This document shows positions 28,991 to 40,310 of a DNA stretch of 64,000 nt, piece after piece (the first letter of the stretch is position 1; every line of letters starts with the position of its first letter). Position numbers and translations under genes: made by a program. The DNA lies in the NCBI GenBank assembly GCA_000165345.1, contig CM000434.1, positions 448,001 through 512,000 of the forward strand, read 5' to 3'. The notes beneath the pieces are model-generated. The model did no database searches. It worked only from the letters and a program-made list of their open reading frames with translations, and was not told where the DNA came from.

Positions 28991-31900
28991 ATGGTAGAAA
29001 AGAATCTCCCTTGTGGAGAAGATATTCCCAAGCGGCAACTTTTTGAAATAATAAAGGAAATTGGCCCAAGCAGCACGTCAAATCAAGAAAACTTTGATGA
29101 GATTCTTCTAGGATGGATTAACGACTCAAGCAACTTTAAACGAGATATTGCCACTTCATTCATTTATATGCTCAATGATACATCGAAATACAATAAGGAT
29201 CCAAAGTATAAAGAAAAAGGCAGCGATGATTTTTCTGAAGTTCTTAGAGCAAGATGGAACGAGCTGAGTAATAACAAAAATGACCAAAATTTATTAGTTC
29301 AAAGTTCTAGAGAAGATATTAGGCTGGGTTGGAACTCTTCCGTTTTTGTGGAAGGAGTGAACAAGATAATGAAAATTCAAGAGTCCAAGAATAAGCAATT
29401 TAATACTAATTGGAATGACATTATTGACGAAATAATTGATAAAAGTGACTTACTAGATCTAACTGATAATGATGGAAGCTTCGAATTATTTTGTTCACTT
29501 TTAGGTGAATCATATCGAAGGGATGAAAATAAAGTTTATAACCCAAAATGTAACGAACTGTATTATAAATTAGACCCTTTTTTAAAAGAATGGAAGAATC
29601 CTGATATTCAAGCTCTTTTTCTTTTGAAAATCTGTAAAACAAGCTATGAAATAAATAATAGGAGTTATAATTTGCATCAAAAGGACTATTCAAATGATAT
29701 ATTAGAGGATACATTAATAGAAAATGCAGTAAATTTTGATTCAGTCTACACGAATATGAGTAATTACTCAATTATATTAGATGCTAGCTCAAGGATTCAC
29801 AATTCGATTGTTTCAATGTTCGAATCAGACGAATCCATTTTGGAACTCATTAAAGATGGTTTACTCGGAACCCCTTGTGACGATATATTTAAATCTAAAT
29901 TACCAAAGATTGGAATCTTTCACACTAAAGGTTCATGTGGATTATTAATTTGTCATGATTTGCTAAGGGTCATTATTAATATATATAATCGAATTAATAA
30001 TCAGAGATTATTAGAACTCCTTCAACATCTTATTTTTTATGAGATTCCAAGATATTCGCCTATTGGCCTACTCTCATCTCTTGGAGCAATTTATGATGAT
30101 TTTCCACAAGCCGTTTCTGTATCTAGTGACCTAGCTAACAAGATAAGTGAGTCGTTCGATATATTAGTGCCAAATAATAAAGTCACGAAGGTTTCGTTGA
30201 TTAAAATGGCAATTTACAGTGCTCAAGAGTTTATTCTATTTCCTATTTCTAAAATAGTTGCAACTTCTCATGAAAAAGAATATGATATTGGTCCTCGTTT
30301 TGGAGTGATTATGCAAATCATTTTCGCCTCTTCAGAGAAACATAGGAATGATAATAGCCAATCCCAGTTTATGAGAGATATTATCAGCCAAATTGCATTC
30401 TGTTACAGAATTTCATCTGTTTTTCTAATTTCAAAGTTGAACTCCCTTTCGAGGAGCTACCTTTGGGAGTTCTTGGACTCTGAATGGAAGACCTTACCTC
30501 AATTTTATAAAATGAATGTTTCTGATTGTTTATCTCAAATTTTGTCTAGAGATAAGCTTGATTTACTGAAAGATTCAGAATATTCTCATGAATCGATCGA
30601 CTATTATCATTGGTGGTTTCTTTGTATCGATATTGTTTTTTCTGGAATTAGTATATCTCAAAATTCCGAATTGGGGTTGTCTTCTAGTATAAGTGACGAA
30701 ATTAGCTCTCGCGCTGTTAATGTCCTTTTTACTCTATTTAAAGAAGAACTAGAGGGTAAAAATATTGAAACTCCACTATTTATTATTGCTATTATGGACT
30801 ATATCCGAGCCAGACTTGTATACATGACATACGCTTCAGCTGAACTTCAAACTATTCTAGTAAATAGAAGAACATCATTACCTTCCTTTGCGGTTGATAA
30901 AGCTGCAAGTTTTAAAGTTTTTGCTGCAAGAGTTGTTCGTAGAAATTTATCTTTAGGTTCATCTCAACTATATCAGCCTAAAGAATGCTGGATTTCTTCG
31001 CTTGAAACTCCCTCATTCAAGTTTTCCTGTTGGCGTATTAGCTCATCTTCTATTCTCGCGATTCAAGAAGCAATTTTGAAGTTTGGAGTAAGCATTAAAG
31101 GATATGAAAGCACCCCTATATCTGAACTTCATGATGCTTTACTTGAATTTGAGAAGATTAAAGATACAAATAATTTACAAGATAAAAATAACTCTTTGGG
31201 CTCTATTATTAAAGATGTTAGCTCCGAAATTATGTTGAATTCTTCCGTAAATGAGAAAGATGAAAAAACTCTTAATAATATTTCACAAACTTTATTCACC
31301 AATAACGATTCAGAACACAAAAACTCCACAAAAATTAATGGTAAATCTGAACTGATAGAGGCTGAAAATGAAGGAAATGGATTTGAAATCAATCATGTCA
31401 ACGATTTTCTGACAAAATGTTATTCAGGTGAAATTAACACCTCTGAATTAACAGTTGAATTAAAAAAAATGCACTCTCTTTCAAACCACCCAGGTAAAAA
31501 TGTTAAAATCTTCAACACTTTCCTTCAAACGTTATTTGATGAATGTAGATCCTATCCTAAATATCCTAATCAAGAGCTTAAAATTACTGCAGAAATTCTT
31601 GGGATTTTAGTTAAAGAGGATCTACTTATTTCATTTGGAAATGCACTAGTGTTTGTATTGCGATGTATTATCGAAGCACTTAGAAAAGGACATTGGACCA
31701 AAATGTTTTGTTTTGGAGTATTTGCTATGGAAATGTTTATAGACAGATTTATTTCTTTCCCCCAATTTCTCTCTGCAATAATTAATATGTCTCAACATTT
31801 AAAACATGCAATAGAACCGTATGTTACTTATTGTGAGTCTTGTATTGCCATCCTTCCAGAAAATCTAAAGAATAAGTTATACATTGAAAGGAGTGTAATG

Positions 31901-34900
31901 GAGTCTCTTAACTTAGATATCCCACCAAAACCAGAGAGTCTTATTTCAAAGGTGCACCCAGAGATGATTAACTTTGAATTCAGACAAAAGGAGACTAGCG
32001 AAAGTCCTTGTAAACCAAATATGTCTATTGACAAGCTTGGAAGTTTTATAACCTTAAATCTTTCAGAAAGGAAGGTGCTTCCAACTGGAATTACAATTGA
32101 TCAACTTCAAGGCTTTGGCTTGGGTAGTTTAGAAAAATTAATGAATGATCCTGAAATATTAAACGCACTAGTAACTCCCTCCGAAAATGTAATTGAACAC
32201 ATTTTCACGATATGTAATACTCTTGCGAGCACGAACATCGAAACTAAAGCTATCGAAATGGCTGATATTCTAAATAAAAACCCGGAATATTGTCATTGGT
32301 TTGCGTTTTATCTCGTGAAGAATAGGGCATCTAAGGAAAAGAATAACCATTCTACATATATCAACTTCTTAATTAAGTTGGATAAACTGATGCCAAAAAA
32401 TTCAGATTTACTGCTCGAGGAAAAAACTGAGTCGGATATTCCATTAACTCATAAAGGAAATGAGGAAAGTAAAATAAACATCATTGAAATTACTACTCTT
32501 GCCAGTTATGACTGCATTAAGGCTTTGCTGCGATATGCAAGTATATTGAATGAGGTCTCCTCATTCTTAAATGTACTACGTCATTTAGGATACTGGCTAG
32601 GGCAAATTACAATAGGAATTAACCGTCCGATTATCCACAAATACCTAAATCCCAGACAATTGCTTATAGATAGCTATTCTAGAGGTTGCATAGCCTCTGT
32701 CCTACCTTTTATTTGTAAAATATTGGAGAATGTTAAAGGAGGTTACTATTATCCGCCAAACCCTTGGACAAACAATATTTTATATGCACTAGCCGAAATT
32801 CATTCGCTTGCGAATAATTCAAACTCTCATATGTTCGAGGTAGAACTTTTATTTAAGCAACTGGAGCTTAATCTAGATGATTATGTTGGTAAGTCAAACT
32901 ACCTAGGTTTGAGCAGCCATACGGACTATACTGAGCATAAGGCTCTGGGCGAAAAACAAAGAGGTCATAATATTTATCCAAAGACCCAGACAGAGCATAA
33001 TTCTCACATAACTTTAGGAAGCTCATTTGAGCGCCCAAATATTACAAATAATGTAATTAACAGCTCTTTAAACCAATCTGCTGGCTTATATCAACTAAGT
33101 GCAAATATTGGAGATGCACAACTTGCTTCGACCTTCATGCCACCTAATCATTCATCCCAAATGATGCATCAACAAACTCCACAGCAGATACCATCATCCG
33201 ACATACAATTTTGGGCCAACAAAGTACTAATTTCTCCTTCTATTGTATTATTTCAGATACAACCATCGCTCAGACCTTTGGTACCGCTAGCTTTAGACAG
33301 ATCAATAAGAGAAATACTACAGGTTGTGATTCCAAGGTCAGTTAGAATTGCCGCAATTACTACTAAAGAAATTATCGGTAAAGAATTTGCTTTTGAGGCT
33401 GATGAAAACATCTATAAAAGAGCAGCCCATCTGATGGTTGCCGCTTTATCTGGCTCTATGGCTATTGCAGCATGTCGTGAACCCCTTAGAGTTGCATTTA
33501 CTGCTCAACTAAGACAAGTATTACACCCAACACCATCGAGAGATGGTGAGGACCATGTATTAATTGAACAAGTTGTCCAAGTCATTTGCAGTGATAATAT
33601 TGATTTAGGTTGCCAAATCATCGAACAGGCCGTGGTTGAAAAAGCTATTGAAGAACTAGACGAAGTTATCTCTCCAGGAATTATTGCAAGGAGGAAATCC
33701 AGAGAAACCGGGCATCAATTCGTTGATACAGACTTTTATGGAGGACCGAACACTCAGAATTCCGCTACTTTTTGGTCATCACTACCTGAAAATTTAAAAT
33801 ACAGACATAATTCTATGAGACATTTGCAGCTTTATAAAGATTTCTTACAATTCACCTTAATGAGAAATTTGGAAAGGAGGGATTCTGTTACCCAATATGA
33901 GCTACAGAATAGTTTACAATCAAATCAAATAACATCTCTATATCAGCATGGAAGTAATGACCAATTTAATAGCCAAACCCAACAATGGAATAATTCTAAT
34001 GCAATTCAATTTTCACACCAAGCCGAAAGTATCCAAAATTTCAATACAGTTAGGAGTGACAATACAAGCTCCCAAATGCCTTCTTCTAATCATTCTCAAA
34101 TGAATACCTCGCCTTCAACTATTGTACAACCTCCGGAACCTGTAAGGGTGCCTCTTGTTTTTGAATTGGCATATCTGCCTCTAATGATGCGTGTTGACGA
34201 ATGTTTGGGTCAAATAAAGGATGTAATACGCGAGATTGCCCTATATCCTCCGATTTTCTCTAAACAGCTGATTCCTCCAGTAAGCAATAATTTAAGCGAA
34301 GGAATGTCTGTTAACCAGAATATATACTCAAAACCTCTCGGGTCTAATATTTTTACATATACTCCGAAATCAACCGCACATCCAGTTCTTTCTGTGTTAT
34401 CTTCTCTCCAATCTGACCACATTTTATTTTATTTATGCAGAGTATTATATTCTATTGGAAAATCTGCGTCACAAAGAGAAGATGTTTTGATTGGGATCTC
34501 TCAAAAATTGTTTAAAACACTTTTTGATGCAGGCGCCGCCTTTCAGCAGAGTACAACAGGTATACTTCCCTCGAGTAGATGTATTGCCTCTTCACTTGGT
34601 TTCGATGCAGCTTTGTTACATATCGAGGTATTTCTGGCGCTATGTAATCAAATTTCGTATTATAGCTCAAAATTTTGGCTGAAGCTTAGGAAAGAGGCAA
34701 TAGGATGGTTTATTTACACTATAGAGGATCCAAAATATTCCGTTGATATTGTAATTGGTGCATTAAGATATGATCTTATCTCCTCAGATGAACTTGATGT
34801 TTCTCTATCAAACATTTTAGAAACTGCAATTTCTACGCTTAATGACTCTAATCCAGCAATCGGTGGAAATAGTAGATGTTTGAGAATTGTCGAGTTTATT

Positions 34901-36985
34901 TACAAACTGTTTTTCAGAAGTATTGAAGATTGGCACTACCCAATTACTAAGAAGTTACCAAGCGCTACTAAAAACTTGAATCGATTATCAAATAACAGTG
35001 TAGCCTTCCAAAACAGTAATTTTTCTGCAATACCAATAGTGCTACCAGGGCTTTATTATAAGCCATACTCTTATACAACTAATCTTGGAGAACTTAAGAA
35101 TAAAGTAGAAAGTATTCTATTGGAATTGGAATCCAACAAGTCAATTAAGTTTCATGAAATGTGGATAGGTGACCAATGTCCAGAGATTTTGAACTTTTAC
35201 TCAGTAATTCAGTGTAATTTGGATACAATATTGAACCCGAGATATATTGCGTTACCTACTCCTATTAAACCACCTCCTGATATTTCGAAAGGAATCAACA
35301 CGATTTTTGATGAGTGGATATTGCTATTGAGAATAACAATTTTTAATGGAGTTGGAGGTTCCGAGCGTAATAATCCATACAGAAATTTATTTCTTCAAAG
35401 GCTTTCTAGGCAAGGTCTACTAAGAATGGATGACACTACAGAAAAATTATTTACTGCTTGTATTGAGAGAGCAATCTATTTAAGCTTAAATCACAATAGC
35501 AGTGACTCAGACGCCTTGAATAACTCTATTTCGGAAAATGCAAATGACTCACGTAATAATATGGATCCGTTCCCGATAGATTCATTGGTTAGATTGATTA
35601 CAACTATGGCAAGGTATGTAGATCCACAGCAAATGGCTGCAGTAGTAATAACTCACAAATTTCTTTCAATACTTACTAGAGTTATTCATAAAGATGCAGA
35701 GTCACATGGCTTTAATCAAAGGCCATATTATAGGATTTTTTACTCTTTGTTACAAGAATATGAAAGTATAGGATTCAATACTGAAATGATACACTTTACC
35801 TGCATTCTAAGTGTAGTTCATCACCTTCAATATTTAAATCCTAATAGAGTCCCCGGATTTGCATATTCTTGGATCCAGATTATCTCAAGTAACCGATTCT
35901 TCCCGTACCTACTACGCCATGTAAAAGGTTGGCAACCTTATCAAGCTCTATTATTGCAAATCTTCATTTTTATATCGCCATTCTTGAGAAGTGTACAGCT
36001 ATCAAGTAACATTAAGACAATTTATGGTGCGCTACTCCGTATCCTTCTGGTATTACTACACGACTTTCCTGAGTTCCTTTGTGACTACAGTTGCAGTTTC
36101 TGCGATGTCCTGCCTGTTAACTGCATACAAATTAGAAACCTAATCTTATCCGCATTCCCAAGAAATATGAAACTGCCTGATCCATTTTTACCCACCTTGA
36201 AAATTGGAAATCTTCCCGAAATGAAGCTAATACCCAGAATGATTGCAAATTATGGTGCTTACATTCTATACAAGGATCTAAAGGTAAATATAGATAAATT
36301 CTGGATTACTAGAGATGCATCAATCCTTCCCCTCATAACAGAAACTATCAAAATGCCAAGGGATGAAGCACTTAAATGTGGTACTAAATACTCTTTCCCG
36401 ATAATAACAGGTTTATTGCTTTATATTGGGATATACCTCCCGAATGGAAATGAATCTAATTCAAGCATTGACGGTTCTCATAATGGGATATTTAATATCT
36501 TTAATTCTGATCCATCAACTAACTCGATTGAATCTGCATCGAAACTGGATCAAACACCAAACATAAAAAGTGATCAATTAGAAACTTTTGAAGATCCGTC
36601 CCTTTCAATAATTCTATTTCTTTGTAAGGACCTGGATATGGAAGGGCGTTTTGTCCTCATATCTGCAATGACAAATTTTCTTGGATATCCTAATTCTTAC
36701 ACATACTACTTTAGCTCACTTATTTTATGGTTGTTTTCCAAAAGCAATGACTCTATTGTGCAAGAACAAATCACAAGGATACTTCTAGAAAGGCTTATCG
36801 TGCACAGGCCACATCCATGGGGTCTTCTAATAACATTTATTGAGTTGATTAAGAATCCAAAATACGCATTTTGGAGCTGTTCATTTGTGCATCTGGCTCC
36901 GGAGGTTGAGAAGCTCTTTCAGTCTGTTGCTCAAACTTGTTTAGGTCAAGCCCCTAATAAAACGAATTTGGTGAACCATACATAA
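28991..36985 (+). CDS. NOT1: CCR4-NOT transcription/deadenylation complex scaffold subunit NOT1 (CNOT1)
   Basis: 2664 aa. The C-terminal NOT1 superfamily-homology domain is almost co-linear with human CNOT1: 'LRILLVLLHDFPEFLCDY..FCDVLP.NCIQIRNLILSAFPRNMKLPDPF', 'GYPNSYTYYFSSLILWLF', 'QEQITRILLERLIVHRPHPWGLLITFIELIKNP', 'FVHLAPEVEKLFQSVAQTC'. Confidence 0.95.
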   Translation: MVEKNLPCGEDIPKRQLFEIIKEIGPSSTSNQENFDEILLGWINDSSNFKRDIATSFIYMLNDTSKYNKDPKYKEKGSDDFSEVLRARWNELSNNKNDQNLLVQSSREDIRLGWNSSVFVEGVNKIMKIQESKNKQFNTNWNDIIDEIIDKSDLLDLTDNDGSFELFCSLLGESYRRDENKVYNPKCNELYYKLDPFLKEWKNPDIQALFLLKICKTSYEINNRSYNLHQKDYSNDILEDTLIENAVNFDSVYTNMSNYSIILDASSRIHNSIVSMFESDESILELIKDGLLGTPCDDIFKSKLPKIGIFHTKGSCGLLICHDLLRVIINIYNRINNQRLLELLQHLIFYEIPRYSPIGLLSSLGAIYDDFPQAVSVSSDLANKISESFDILVPNNKVTKVSLIKMAIYSAQEFILFPISKIVATSHEKEYDIGPRFGVIMQIIFASSEKHRNDNSQSQFMRDIISQIAFCYRISSVFLISKLNSLSRSYLWEFLDSEWKTLPQFYKMNVSDCLSQILSRDKLDLLKDSEYSHESIDYYHWWFLCIDIVFSGISISQNSELGLSSSISDEISSRAVNVLFTLFKEELEGKNIETPLFIIAIMDYIRARLVYMTYASAELQTILVNRRTSLPSFAVDKAASFKVFAARVVRRNLSLGSSQLYQPKECWISSLETPSFKFSCWRISSSSILAIQEAILKFGVSIKGYESTPISELHDALLEFEKIKDTNNLQDKNNSLGSIIKDVSSEIMLNSSVNEKDEKTLNNISQTLFTNNDSEHKNSTKINGKSELIEAENEGNGFEINHVNDFLTKCYSGEINTSELTVELKKMHSLSNHPGKNVKIFNTFLQTLFDECRSYPKYPNQELKITAEILGILVKEDLLISFGNALVFVLRCIIEALRKGHWTKMFCFGVFAMEMFIDRFISFPQFLSAIINMSQHLKHAIEPYVTYCESCIAILPENLKNKLYIERSVMESLNLDIPPKPESLISKVHPEMINFEFRQKETSESPCKPNMSIDKLGSFITLNLSERKVLPTGITIDQLQGFGLGSLEKLMNDPEILNALVTPSENVIEHIFTICNTLASTNIETKAIEMADILNKNPEYCHWFAFYLVKNRASKEKNNHSTYINFLIKLDKLMPKNSDLLLEEKTESDIPLTHKGNEESKINIIEITTLASYDCIKALLRYASILNEVSSFLNVLRHLGYWLGQITIGINRPIIHKYLNPRQLLIDSYSRGCIASVLPFICKILENVKGGYYYPPNPWTNNILYALAEIHSLANNSNSHMFEVELLFKQLELNLDDYVGKSNYLGLSSHTDYTEHKALGEKQRGHNIYPKTQTEHNSHITLGSSFERPNITNNVINSSLNQSAGLYQLSANIGDAQLASTFMPPNHSSQMMHQQTPQQIPSSDIQFWANKVLISPSIVLFQIQPSLRPLVPLALDRSIREILQVVIPRSVRIAAITTKEIIGKEFAFEADENIYKRAAHLMVAALSGSMAIAACREPLRVAFTAQLRQVLHPTPSRDGEDHVLIEQVVQVICSDNIDLGCQIIEQAVVEKAIEELDEVISPGIIARRKSRETGHQFVDTDFYGGPNTQNSATFWSSLPENLKYRHNSMRHLQLYKDFLQFTLMRNLERRDSVTQYELQNSLQSNQITSLYQHGSNDQFNSQTQQWNNSNAIQFSHQAESIQNFNTVRSDNTSSQMPSSNHSQMNTSPSTIVQPPEPVRVPLVFELAYLPLMMRVDECLGQIKDVIREIALYPPIFSKQLIPPVSNNLSEGMSVNQNIYSKPLGSNIFTYTPKSTAHPVLSVLSSLQSDHILFYLCRVLYSIGKSASQREDVLIGISQKLFKTLFDAGAAFQQSTTGILPSSRCIASSLGFDAALLHIEVFLALCNQISYYSSKFWLKLRKEAIGWFIYTIEDPKYSVDIVIGALRYDLISSDELDVSLSNILETAISTLNDSNPAIGGNSRCLRIVEFIYKLFFRSIEDWHYPITKKLPSATKNLNRLSNNSVAFQNSNFSAIPIVLPGLYYKPYSYTTNLGELKNKVESILLELESNKSIKFHEMWIGDQCPEILNFYSVIQCNLDTILNPRYIALPTPIKPPPDISKGINTIFDEWILLLRITIFNGVGGSERNNPYRNLFLQRLSRQGLLRMDDTTEKLFTACIERAIYLSLNHNSSDSDALNNSISENANDSRNNMDPFPIDSLVRLITTMARYVDPQQMAAVVITHKFLSILTRVIHKDAESHGFNQRPYYRIFYSLLQEYESIGFNTEMIHFTCILSVVHHLQYLNPNRVPGFAYSWIQIISSNRFFPYLLRHVKGWQPYQALLLQIFIFISPFLRSVQLSSNIKTIYGALLRILLVLLHDFPEFLCDYSCSFCDVLPVNCIQIRNLILSAFPRNMKLPDPFLPTLKIGNLPEMKLIPRMIANYGAYILYKDLKVNIDKFWITRDASILPLITETIKMPRDEALKCGTKYSFPIITGLLLYIGIYLPNGNESNSSIDGSHNGIFNIFNSDPSTNSIESASKLDQTPNIKSDQLETFEDPSLSIILFLCKDLDMEGRFVLISAMTNFLGYPNSYTYYFSSLILWLFSKSNDSIVQEQITRILLERLIVHRPHPWGLLITFIELIKNPKYAFWSCSFVHLAPEVEKLFQSVAQTCLGQAPNKTNLVNHT

Positions 36986-37004
36986 GTTTTATTTATTAAG
37001 CTAT

Positions 37005-40000
37005 TTAATTAGAGTTAGATAATATATATGTTGATATTATTTGTTTTAATATTTTTGCAACAATTAGTGAACTTGATCTTACCCTAATTTCAACCGGCTC
37101 TTCATTTTTTCCATTATCATGAATCTTGTCTTCTCTAAAAGATTCGCTGTGTTCATTACAAGGTATTATTTTAAACATGCAAGGTATTCTTTTGCGATTA
37201 GACAGATACAAAGTGGATGTTCCTCCATAAATCATTGGAGTTGAAACGCTTGGATCGTCAATACTATCCATCACACTATATACGCAAAAGTTTAGCAGTT
37301 GTAGAAAGATTGGAATTTCGAGAGAAGAAATCCCTAAGATCCCTTTCACTGAAGATTGAGTGAGTTTTTCCCAAAAATTTCCAAACTCTTTCTTGCCCAT
37401 TTTTTTAGTTGGAGCCATAAAGTTTGTAAGTATTACTGGAAGCCTAAAATTTATACAAATAAGCTTTGAATAATTACTATCTGTGTTAATTTCTTCCATT
37501 TGTTCATTTATTTCCGAAACTTCATCTTTTGTATTTGAGAAAGCTCTTATTAGTAGTGAAATCATTGGAGGATTCAAATAAGGGCCATTGCAAATTAAAT
37601 TAATCCTTTGCTCAAATTTTCCTTCATTATCAAAACCTTTATTAGTTTCACTGAAAACTTCAACATGAAGGTTTTGCGATGTAGAATCAAATATATTTGG
37701 AAATGAATTATTAGAACTTTTTACAGACAATTTTTTCTCCTCGCAAAAAGTAGAAATACGCTCTATGTTAAATATCCTATTCTTCTCATTTTTCCCCAAT
37801 TTCACAATAATTGTTGACTCTCCAGAGGAATATTTAAAGCTCCCGTTTGAAAATCCAATTGATAATAGGCTAAAATTATATAAACTTCCTTTATTTGATA
37901 GACATAAGGAAAGCCAGGTATTTCTACTGCAATATCCATCATCGCCATATTTATTTGATTGGTTGGGTATTAAAAGGCTATTTTTTTTGTGATTAAATAC
38001 TCCATCCAATAACTGATCTCTATATCTCAAAGCTGAATTATTTTCTGATGGTATGTTTACCGGAGTTATATTCCCATTTATAGGGGTAACACTATATTGT
38101 GTATTTGCAACAATTGCATTTAAAAATTCGGGTGAGCCTATACAATTACCTCTGTTTCCAACACCGATTTTCAGAATTTCGTAGATTCGATTTTGGGTCT
38201 CATGATCAGAGTTACAATAAAGCTTCGTAAAAGAAAGTAAAATAGTACTTTTTAATAGTGGAATATGATCATCTTCAGAATCGATAGTTAATATATCATG
38301 AATAATCAACAATATTTCAACTTGCTTAATAATTGATACTTTACTTGATATCAGCTTTCCATATTCACCTAAAATAAAACATAACCATCTTATTCCAGAT
38401 CTTGGGTTGAAATTATCTCTTCGATTTTTTAATTTATTTAATAATTTATATGATTTTATTGCTACATATTTTTGAGTACTTATATCATTTCCAAGTGATT
38501 CATTCACTTTCTCCATTAAATCAGTGCATTCAATTTTCAATTTAGAATCAAATAGAATATCTGTTATCTGAAAAAGAGTATTTTCTGTAATTTCAAATCC
38601 TGGATTTGGGTTACAGAAAGACTTCTCGAGAGTTTGAAATAATACATTAATTGTCTTATATGAAACTTCATTTTTGTTTGAAAATCTTCTAATTGTATAG
38701 CAAACTGATAAAATTATCTCTTCCAATAATGTTTTTGTCTTTTCTGGAAAAAAACAATCACTTGAACCTTTTTGTATGTTATGTATTTCTTCAATATTTA
38801 ATTTATAAGGGTTTAATATATACTTGTAAAGAACTCCATTAAGAATTTCTTTTGTAATAAAAACCCAATTATTTTTGTTGCAGATATAAGAAAAAATATT
38901 TAATAGATTCAAAGTTGTATCTTCATCAAAAGAGCATGTAAATCTCAACAATGTAACCAAATTTTTTTTTACTAATTCTTGAATTGCCTTATTTGTTTTC
39001 GATTCAAAAATTAGTGAAATAGAAATAGAAATATAATCTTTGTTATCCGCATATAGTAAACCTTCAATAAATTTCCCCACTAAATGACCAATATTAGCAG
39101 ATAATTCTTGATTACAAATCTTGTTGAAATATTTTGTCATCTCAATTGCAATACCAATTATACATAGAAACTCAATTTCATCAAAGGTAGAACTAAAACT
39201 TAAATTACATTCATTTACTGATTTAATTGCATGGATTGCATTAAAAAATACGTCTTCCATTATCTTATTCATCTTGTAATTTACAAAATAGTCATTAATC
39301 ACTTCAGGGAACAATTCTAAAATCTCTATTAATTTAACCTGAAGCCAAAACATTGGAATTTTATGAAATCTCCAATTTTTTATTTCTTTGTATAACCTAA
39401 TTCTCGATAACGTAAATATTAAATTTGGAACTATAAATTCCCAAATCTTTACTAATTTAATATTTAAATTAGAGTTGATTATTTCTCTTTCGTCTCTTAA
39501 TACGGAATGATCTGTTTCTTGTTCATTTAAATTTTTGTAGGCATTTTCTGTTGGTTCCAAGTACTCAGTGTTTAAATAATACTTCAAACTATTCTTTATA
39601 AAAACGCATTGAGAAATTAGACAGTCAGCATTCCTTTCGAATTGGAAATATGATAATAGTCTTTCACCCCACTCGTTTGCCCTGAGCCGATCAGGGCAAC
39701 ATTGAAATAACTTCGTTAAACAACAAATTGCCTTCGATCTGATAATATTTGTGTCATTAAGTTGTTTTTCAACTGGTATTTCTGCGAGTTTCTTTATGTC
39801 GATAAAAAGATTGTCCGCAAAGTCTAAAGTTGGAGAATTCCCTATGAAATTCAATGCTAATAAGCAATTTTTGATTTTTTGTTTTCTAATATCGATGTTT
39901 TTACCTGAATGATTTTTTCCTATTCCTACTGAAAATTGTCTAAAATTCCGTGATTTATCAGAACCTTTTTCTTTGTCTACTAATACTTCAAAGCAATTAT

Positions 40001-40310
40001 TTAAGTCATTTTTTATTGTATTTATTAATAATCTAAGTAATTCTAAATTTCCCCTGTAAATTAATGAAGCAGCGATATAACCACATTGCTTAAATTCGAA
40101 AATATTTGAGCTAACCAACTCTAAAATTTCAAGCCATCCAAAGTCAATTTCATACCCCATTACGCTTATGTATGCTAATCTCCAAATTATCTTTTCTTTA
40201 TCCTTGAGAGATAATTGAGGACCTTTTTTGGAGCTATCATCTGTCTTCTCCAAAATAGATTTTAGATTAGAAATCTCATATTCAACTAATTCCATATTAT
40301 ATTTATACAA
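37005..40310 (-). CDS. Adaptor protein (AP) complex large subunit, adaptin family (alpha/gamma/delta/epsilon type; exact complex unresolved)
   Basis: 1101 aa. The N-terminal adaptin trunk signature 'ISNLKSIL...EKIIWRLAYISVMGYEIDFGWLEILELVSSNIFEFKQCGYIAASLIY' aligns with the conserved 'MLGYD..FG...L..S..F.EKR.GYL' block of AP large subunits. 'WLQVKLIEILELF' matches the adaptin 'PWLQ' motif. Its length fits an epsilon or delta subunit. Confidence 0.7.
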   Translation of the reverse strand: MYKYNMELVEYEISNLKSILEKTDDSSKKGPQLSLKDKEKIIWRLAYISVMGYEIDFGWLEILELVSSNIFEFKQCGYIAASLIYRGNLELLRLLINTIKNDLNNCFEVLVDKEKGSDKSRNFRQFSVGIGKNHSGKNIDIRKQKIKNCLLALNFIGNSPTLDFADNLFIDIKKLAEIPVEKQLNDTNIIRSKAICCLTKLFQCCPDRLRANEWGERLLSYFQFERNADCLISQCVFIKNSLKYYLNTEYLEPTENAYKNLNEQETDHSVLRDEREIINSNLNIKLVKIWEFIVPNLIFTLSRIRLYKEIKNWRFHKIPMFWLQVKLIEILELFPEVINDYFVNYKMNKIMEDVFFNAIHAIKSVNECNLSFSSTFDEIEFLCIIGIAIEMTKYFNKICNQELSANIGHLVGKFIEGLLYADNKDYISISISLIFESKTNKAIQELVKKNLVTLLRFTCSFDEDTTLNLLNIFSYICNKNNWVFITKEILNGVLYKYILNPYKLNIEEIHNIQKGSSDCFFPEKTKTLLEEIILSVCYTIRRFSNKNEVSYKTINVLFQTLEKSFCNPNPGFEITENTLFQITDILFDSKLKIECTDLMEKVNESLGNDISTQKYVAIKSYKLLNKLKNRRDNFNPRSGIRWLCFILGEYGKLISSKVSIIKQVEILLIIHDILTIDSEDDHIPLLKSTILLSFTKLYCNSDHETQNRIYEILKIGVGNRGNCIGSPEFLNAIVANTQYSVTPINGNITPVNIPSENNSALRYRDQLLDGVFNHKKNSLLIPNQSNKYGDDGYCSRNTWLSLCLSNKGSLYNFSLLSIGFSNGSFKYSSGESTIIVKLGKNEKNRIFNIERISTFCEEKKLSVKSSNNSFPNIFDSTSQNLHVEVFSETNKGFDNEGKFEQRINLICNGPYLNPPMISLLIRAFSNTKDEVSEINEQMEEINTDSNYSKLICINFRLPVILTNFMAPTKKMGKKEFGNFWEKLTQSSVKGILGISSLEIPIFLQLLNFCVYSVMDSIDDPSVSTPMIYGGTSTLYLSNRKRIPCMFKIIPCNEHSESFREDKIHDNGKNEEPVEIRVRSSSLIVAKILKQIISTYILSNSN

